Below, piece by piece: positions 58,566-64,000 of a DNA stretch of 64,000 nucleotides. The notes below the pieces were generated by a model. The model was given only the letters and a program-made list of their open reading frames with translations, was not told where the DNA came from and did not search any database. How positions within the stretch are numbered: the first letter of the stretch is position 1; every line of letters begins with the position of its first letter. Source of the DNA: Candidatus Latescibacterota bacterium (GTDB lineage: Bacteria > Latescibacterota > UBA2968 > UBA8231); contig OZ241362.1 of assembly GCA_965200315.1 (NCBI GenBank), forward strand, positions 3,840,001 through 3,904,000, read 5' to 3'. Position numbers and translations under genes: made by a program.

Positions 58566-58911
58566 TTTGTTCGCCAAAAAGTATCAACTAGAACGTACCT
58601 TGCGCCCATTCAATCGGGAGGAGGTACAAAGGCTGCCCAAGGGCCGCTGTGGCCTATATGCCCTGTGGCTGCCCACAGCCGATGCCCCCGACAGACTCTA
58701 CATCGGTATGTCCAAAACCTGCGTCCGCCGCCGCCTGCTCGAACATCTCGCCAACGAAGCTAATCCCGCACTTTGCCGCCAACTTAGCCTGTTCGCCGAC
58801 CTAGTAGCGTTTTCGGTAACATTCACCGAAAATGAGCGAGAAACCCGCGAGTTAGAGGCCGCCCTCATCCGAGCTTGGCAACCTGAAACCAACCGCAAGC
58901 TGCTGTCATAA
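58540..58911 (+). CDS. stand-alone GIY-YIG nuclease
   Basis: GLY...YIG, R.RL..H, LE..LI....P..N; overlaps the methylase stop. Confidence 0.8.
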   Translation: MNRVSCSNNLFAKKYQLERTLRPFNREEVQRLPKGRCGLYALWLPTADAPDRLYIGMSKTCVRRRLLEHLANEANPALCRQLSLFADLVAFSVTFTENERETRELEAALIRAWQPETNRKLLS

Positions 58912-58941
58912 CTCCCTTACAACCCCAACCGAAAGCACACC

Positions 58942-59687
<746 letters not shown>

Positions 59688-59691
<4 letters not shown>

Positions 59692-60962
59692 ACGGCGTTG
59701 CCCATTACCAGTCCTGCTTTAACGACCTCGCCGACACGGGCGCGTTGCTGTCGCGGCGGCAAAAGGCCATTGAGCACTTTGCCGCCGCTGGATTTCCCAC
59801 GACCAAAGACGAGGAATGGGCTTTTACCAACATCGGCCCGCTGACTCGGATCAAATTCAAACTAGCCGCGTCCGCGCTCGCACCGGTCGCTTTCGACGAC
59901 TACCGCTACGGGCTCGAAGGGCTGGTCTTTGTTGATGGCCACTTTGCCGCCGCCCCCGAACTCAACGGCCTGCCCGCTGGGGTGCGCGTCGAGAGCTTGA
60001 GCGAAAACGGCGTAGTCGCGGACTTCTTGGGCCGAGCCGCCACCACCGAGGACGCGGCCTTCACCGCGCTCAATACCGCCTTTTTGCAAGACGGTGCGGT
60101 CGTCTATCTGCCTCGGGGTGCGGTCGTCGAGCAGCCCATTCACTTGCTGTTTGTCTCCACTGGCCAACGCGCCAACGTCGTCTCCCATCCGCGCGTCCTC
60201 GTAGTCGCCGAAGCCAACGCCCAAGCGACGATAATAGAAAGCTACGTCGGCTTGGATTCGGAACCGTATCTGACCAACAGCGTCAGCGAATTCTTCGTCG
60301 GCCCCAATGCCGCGCTCGATCACTACCGAATCCAGCGCGAGTCCGCCGCCGCCTTTCACATCGCAGCGACCCACGTCCGCGAGGAACGCGCCGCCCAATT
60401 CCGCTCGACCGCCATCACCTTGGGCGGACGCCTGACCCGTCACCACATCCACACCGCGCTAGAAGGCGAAGGCGTCGACTCCACGCTCAACGGCCTCTAC
60501 ATCGAAGACGGAGCGCAACACGTCGATAACCACACGCTCATCGAACACGCCCAGCCGCACTGCCAGAGCCACGAGTTCTACAAGGGCATCCTCGGCGGCC
60601 GAGCCACCGGCGTCTTCCGCGGCAAAATCCACGTTCACCAAGCCGCGCAAAAAACCGACGCCTATCAGGCCAACCAAAACCTCCTGCTGTCGGAAACGGC
60701 CCAAATCAACACCAAGCCCCAGCTCGAAATCTACGCCGACGACGTCAAGTGTTCGCACGGAGCCACCATCGGCCAACTCGACGAAGACGCGCTCTTTTAC
60801 CTGCGCTCCCGCGGCATCGGCCACCAAGAAGCTGTCCGGGTGCTGACGCGGGCCTTTGCCGGCGAAGTCCTCGACCGCGTACGCGTCCCGGTCCTCAAAA
60901 ACCAACTCGACCAGCTAGTAAATCATCGGCTGGACCAAGCCGCCGCCGGAGTTGCCCGATGA
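59688..60962 (+). CDS. sufD: Fe-S assembly protein SufD
   Basis: [39 protein letters not shown]. Confidence 0.95.
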
Positions 60963-62188
60963 CCGCTTCCTTTGACATCGACAAGATTCGTTGCGACTTC
61001 CCCGTACTCGACGAGAAAATCCGCGGCAAAGATCTCGTCTATTTCGACAACGGCGCAACCACCCAAAAGCCGCTGACGGTCCTCTACGCGCTCCAGCGCT
61101 ACTACGCCCGCGAAAACGCCAACATCCACCGCGGCGTCCACTTCCTCAGCCAACAGGCGACCTTTGCCTACGAGCGGGCGCGCGGCCGGGTCGGCCAGTT
61201 CATCAACGCCGGCGAGAGCAACGAAGTCGTCTTCGTGCGCGGCACCACCGAGGCGCTCAATCTCGTCGCCCACAGCTACGGCCGGCCGCAGCTCGGCCCG
61301 GACGACGAGATCATCGTCTCCCAGCTAGAGCACCATTCCAACATCGTACCGTGGCAAATGCTGTGCGAGGAAAAGGGGGCGCGCCTGCGGGTAGTGCCCA
61401 TCAGCGATACAGGCGAGTTCCGCTTCGACGAGTACGAGCGTCTGCTGTCCGAGCGCACCCGCATCGTGGCCGTCGCCCACGCTTCCAACGCCCTCGGCAC
61501 GATCCTGCCGGTGCAGGAAATCGCCGCCTTGGCCCATCAGCACGGCGCAGTTGTCGTCGTCGATGGGGCGCAAGGAGTGCCCCACTTGCCGGTGGACGTG
61601 CAGGAACTCGACTGCGACTTCTACGCCTTTTCCGGGCACAAGCTCTTCGGCCCCACCGGCATCGGCGTACTCTACGGCAAGCAGGCCCTTTTACACGCCA
61701 TGCCGCCATACCAAGGCGGCGGCTCCATGATCGAGAAGGTGAGCTTTGCCGGCACCACGTATGCTCCCCCGCCGATGCGCTTTGAGGCCGGCACGCCGCA
61801 CATCGCCGGCGTCATTGGCTTGGAGACCGCCATTGATTACGTCAACTCGGTGGGCCGCGAGCAAATCGCGGCGTACGAGGCCGACTTGCTCGCGTACGCA
61901 GACGCAGCCCTTGCCAGCATTCCGGGACTGCGCCTGATCGGCACGGCCCGCGAGCGCGTGGCCGTGATCTCCTTCGCGCTCGACGACATCCACCCGCACG
62001 ACATCGGCACCATTCTCGACGCCGAGGGCATTGCCGTGCGCGCTGGCCACCACTGCGCCCAGCCGACCATGCAGTTTTACCAAGTGCCCGCTACAGTGCG
62101 CGCCTCGTTGGCTTTTTACAACACGCACGCGGAAATCGACGCCCTAGTCGCGGCGTTACACAAGGTCAAGAAGGTGTTTGGGGCGTGA
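60959..62188 (+). CDS. sufS: cysteine desulfurase SufS
   Basis: DNGATTQKP, EHHSNIVPW, SGHK, RAGHHCAQP. Confidence 0.96.
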   Translation: MTASFDIDKIRCDFPVLDEKIRGKDLVYFDNGATTQKPLTVLYALQRYYARENANIHRGVHFLSQQATFAYERARGRVGQFINAGESNEVVFVRGTTEALNLVAHSYGRPQLGPDDEIIVSQLEHHSNIVPWQMLCEEKGARLRVVPISDTGEFRFDEYERLLSERTRIVAVAHASNALGTILPVQEIAALAHQHGAVVVVDGAQGVPHLPVDVQELDCDFYAFSGHKLFGPTGIGVLYGKQALLHAMPPYQGGGSMIEKVSFAGTTYAPPPMRFEAGTPHIAGVIGLETAIDYVNSVGREQIAAYEADLLAYADAALASIPGLRLIGTARERVAVISFALDDIHPHDIGTILDAEGIAVRAGHHCAQPTMQFYQVPATVRASLAFYNTHAEIDALVAALHKVKKVFGA

Positions 62189-62232
62189 GGAATAGATAGT
62201 GATTTACACAACATCCACAAGGTTTTTTAACC

Positions 62233-62685
62233 ATGACTGAGCTTCGCGAGCTGTACCAGCAGATCATCCTCGACCACAACAAAAATCCGCGCAACTTCGG
62301 CAAGCTGCCCGCGGCCAATCGCAGGCAAGAAGGCTACAATCCCCTGTGCGGCGATCACTTGCACATCTATCTCCATGTGGCCGACGAGCGCATTGCCGAC
62401 ATCAGCTTTGACGGGTCGGGTTGCGCCATTTCCAAAGCCTCGGCTTCCCTGATGACCGCCGCGCTCAAAGGCAAGCGTCCCGACGAGGCGGTCGAGCTGT
62501 TCGAGCAGTTCCAGCAGATGGTGACTGCGGAGCCGGACGCGCCCGTTGATCACCAAGCCTTGGGCAAGATGGCCGTCTTCGCTGGGGTGCGCGAATTCCC
62601 CATGCGCGTCAAGTGCGCGACCCTCGCTTGGCACGCCGCCAAAGCAGCCATAGAACAAGACCCGTCGCCTGCATCCACCGAATAG
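62233..62685 (+). CDS. sufU: SUF-system NifU-like protein SufU
   Basis: LYQ..ILDH, NPLCGD, GCAIS.AS, RVKCATL.W. Confidence 0.93.
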   Translation: MTELRELYQQIILDHNKNPRNFGKLPAANRRQEGYNPLCGDHLHIYLHVADERIADISFDGSGCAISKASASLMTAALKGKRPDEAVELFEQFQQMVTAEPDAPVDHQALGKMAVFAGVREFPMRVKCATLAWHAAKAAIEQDPSPASTE

Positions 62686-62713
62686 CAAAGCACCATTTAA
62701 AAAGGAGTCCTCC

Positions 62714-63052
62714 ATGGAACTGTTGCACGAAAAAACCTTCCCCCCCGACTCTACCGAGGCCAAAGTCGTAGCCGTGCTCAAGACCTGCTACGACCCCGAG
62801 ATTCCGGTCGATATCTTTGCCCTCGGCCTAATCTACGACATCGAGGTCAGCGACTCGCAGGACGTCCACGTGACCATGACCTTGACCTCGCCAGCCTGTC
62901 CGGTCGCTGGTACGCTACCGCCAGAAATTGAGCACAAAATCAAGGACCATGTCCCGGGCATCGCCACGGCCTTGGTCGAGGTCGTGTGGGATCCGCCGTG
63001 GACGATCGACATGATGACCGAGGGGGCCAAACTCGAACTAGGCATGATGTAG
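62714..63052 (+). CDS. DUF59 / SufT-like Fe-S assembly protein
   Basis: DPEIPVDI..LGLIY, MTLTSPACP, WDPPW. Confidence 0.9.
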   Translation: MELLHEKTFPPDSTEAKVVAVLKTCYDPEIPVDIFALGLIYDIEVSDSQDVHVTMTLTSPACPVAGTLPPEIEHKIKDHVPGIATALVEVVWDPPWTIDMMTEGAKLELGMM

Positions 63053-63056
63053 AAAG

Positions 63057-63116
63057 GCAGTGGTTAGTGATCAGTGGCCGGTAATCAGTCCGGGGCCACT
63101 GGCTACTGACCTCTGC
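63057..63116. repeat. inverted array of degenerate heptamers (CAGTGGT / ACCACTG)
   Basis: GCAGTGGTTAGTGATCAGTGGCC vs reverse complement of GGCCACTGGCTACTGACCTCTGC, 18/23 identical. Confidence 0.55.
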
Positions 63117-63133
63117 TCAGTGGAGAGATTGTT

Positions 63134-63577
63134 ATGAAACTCAACTCGAGCGAAGAATACGGCTTGCGTTGCCTCTTGCAACTAGCGCGCCAAGCCCCCG
63201 GCAGCCTGACCATCCCGGAAATCAGCCAAGCCGAGGGCATCACCCATCACAACGTCGCCAAGCTCTTGCGCATTCTCCGGCAGGGCGGCTTTGTGGCAAG
63301 CGCCCGCGGCCAGCAAGGCGGCTACGCCCTCGCCAAGCCCCCCCACCAAATCCCCGTAGCTGACGCGCTCGCCACGCTGGGTGGTCGCCTCTTCGACGAC
63401 GATTTCTGCGATCACTTTGCCGGCAGCGCGGATTGCTGTACACACTCGCTCACCGCGTGCTCGGTGCGCGCCCTGTGGGGGCAAGTGCAGCAGGCCGTCG
63501 ATCAAATTTTATCGCGCACAACCCTCGCCGACCTGCTGGAGGCCGACGAAGAGGCCCTGCTCGATATATCGGCTTAG
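63134..63577 (+). CDS. Rrf2-family transcriptional regulator (probable suf regulator)
   Basis: YGLR.L..LA, LR..G.V.S.RG..GGY.L, C-terminal Cys cluster (FC..CC..C). Confidence 0.92.
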   Translation: MKLNSSEEYGLRCLLQLARQAPGSLTIPEISQAEGITHHNVAKLLRILRQGGFVASARGQQGGYALAKPPHQIPVADALATLGGRLFDDDFCDHFAGSADCCTHSLTACSVRALWGQVQQAVDQILSRTTLADLLEADEEALLDISA

Positions 63578-63592
63578 AGATAGTACGCTAAG

Positions 63593-64000
63593 ATGAAAAA
63601 AGTTTTGCTGTGCTGGATTGGCACTACAGATTTGTGTGCCTCACAAGGCGATGATGTTGGCCAGGGTCCTATTGCACAGGCCGTGGAGCAGCGCGGGTTT
63701 GACGAGGTATTTTTGATCTCAAACTACTTGGAGCGAGAGGACCAGTATCCGTGTAGCCGCGTACGTCGAATGGGCAAAGAAACGGAGCTCGACGCCACAC
63801 CAATTATATGAGGAGAAGCTATCAGGCCCGACCCATTTCGGCGAAATCTACAAAGCGGCGAGGCGCGTTTGCGAAAAGGCTTTGGGCGGACAGCACGATC
63901 AAGTGGAATTGACGTTTCACCTGAGTCCTGGGACGCCGGCCATGGCCGCGGTGTGGATCATCTTAGCGAAAACGCGCTTTCCCGCTGAATTGATTGAGTC
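63593..64000 (+). pseudogene. RtcR-like CARF-domain protein, frameshifted, running off the window
   Basis: WIG.TDL..GPI in the first frame; after ~63750 another frame gives PTHFGEIY..LTFHLSPGTPAMAAVWI. Confidence 0.7.

Larger units (their letters stand above)
50200..58935 (+). other. defence island inserted between sufB and sufC
   Basis: Five nuclease/ATPase/methylase genes separate the normally adjacent sufB and sufC; no integrase or flanking repeat seen. Confidence 0.85.

Noticed and set aside
58894-58911. AAGCTGCT match between the GIY-YIG end and the sufB end as an att site
   Set aside because: Only ~8 bp and not at the sufB stop; expected by chance.

Overview
GC-rich bacterial chromosomal window. 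The mix of FlgD/CHU_C-tailed exported proteins, a TWGxIK tail and DUF6785 suggests an FCB-type lineage such as Latescibacterota/Gemmatimonadota; this is inference. The backbone genes are lpdA, xylA, nadA, dapL, glnS, MoxR/DUF58 and sufBCDSU-sufT-Rrf2. Accessory DNA interrupts them: (i) a complete IS1595-family element with perfect 23-bp TIRs carrying a half-hsdS passenger; (ii) an orphan M.HindIII-like methyltransferase with R-M debris; (iii) four small toxin-antitoxin modules, two of them bracketed by ~60-bp duplications of the 3' end of the upstream host gene; (iv) an 8.7-kb defence island (Uma2, HEPN-DUF499 ATPase, Rpn with an internal start, DUF1156 methylase, GIY-YIG) between sufB and sufC. 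A ~25-kb envelope locus (15-40 kb) encodes three paralogous large exported proteins sharing a core and a C-terminal FlgD-like domain. It also encodes two GT-C/TPR glycosyltransferases (one TMTC-like), a PPIase lipoprotein and its PPIase-less TPR-fused derivative, a putative Ca-binding outer-membrane protein and a DUF6785 membrane protein. Together these form a candidate undescribed surface-glycoprotein assembly system. Other observations are an RHH regulator coupled to nadA and two REP-like families, one with copies inside ORFs. All family calls come from motif recognition by eye; no searches were run.
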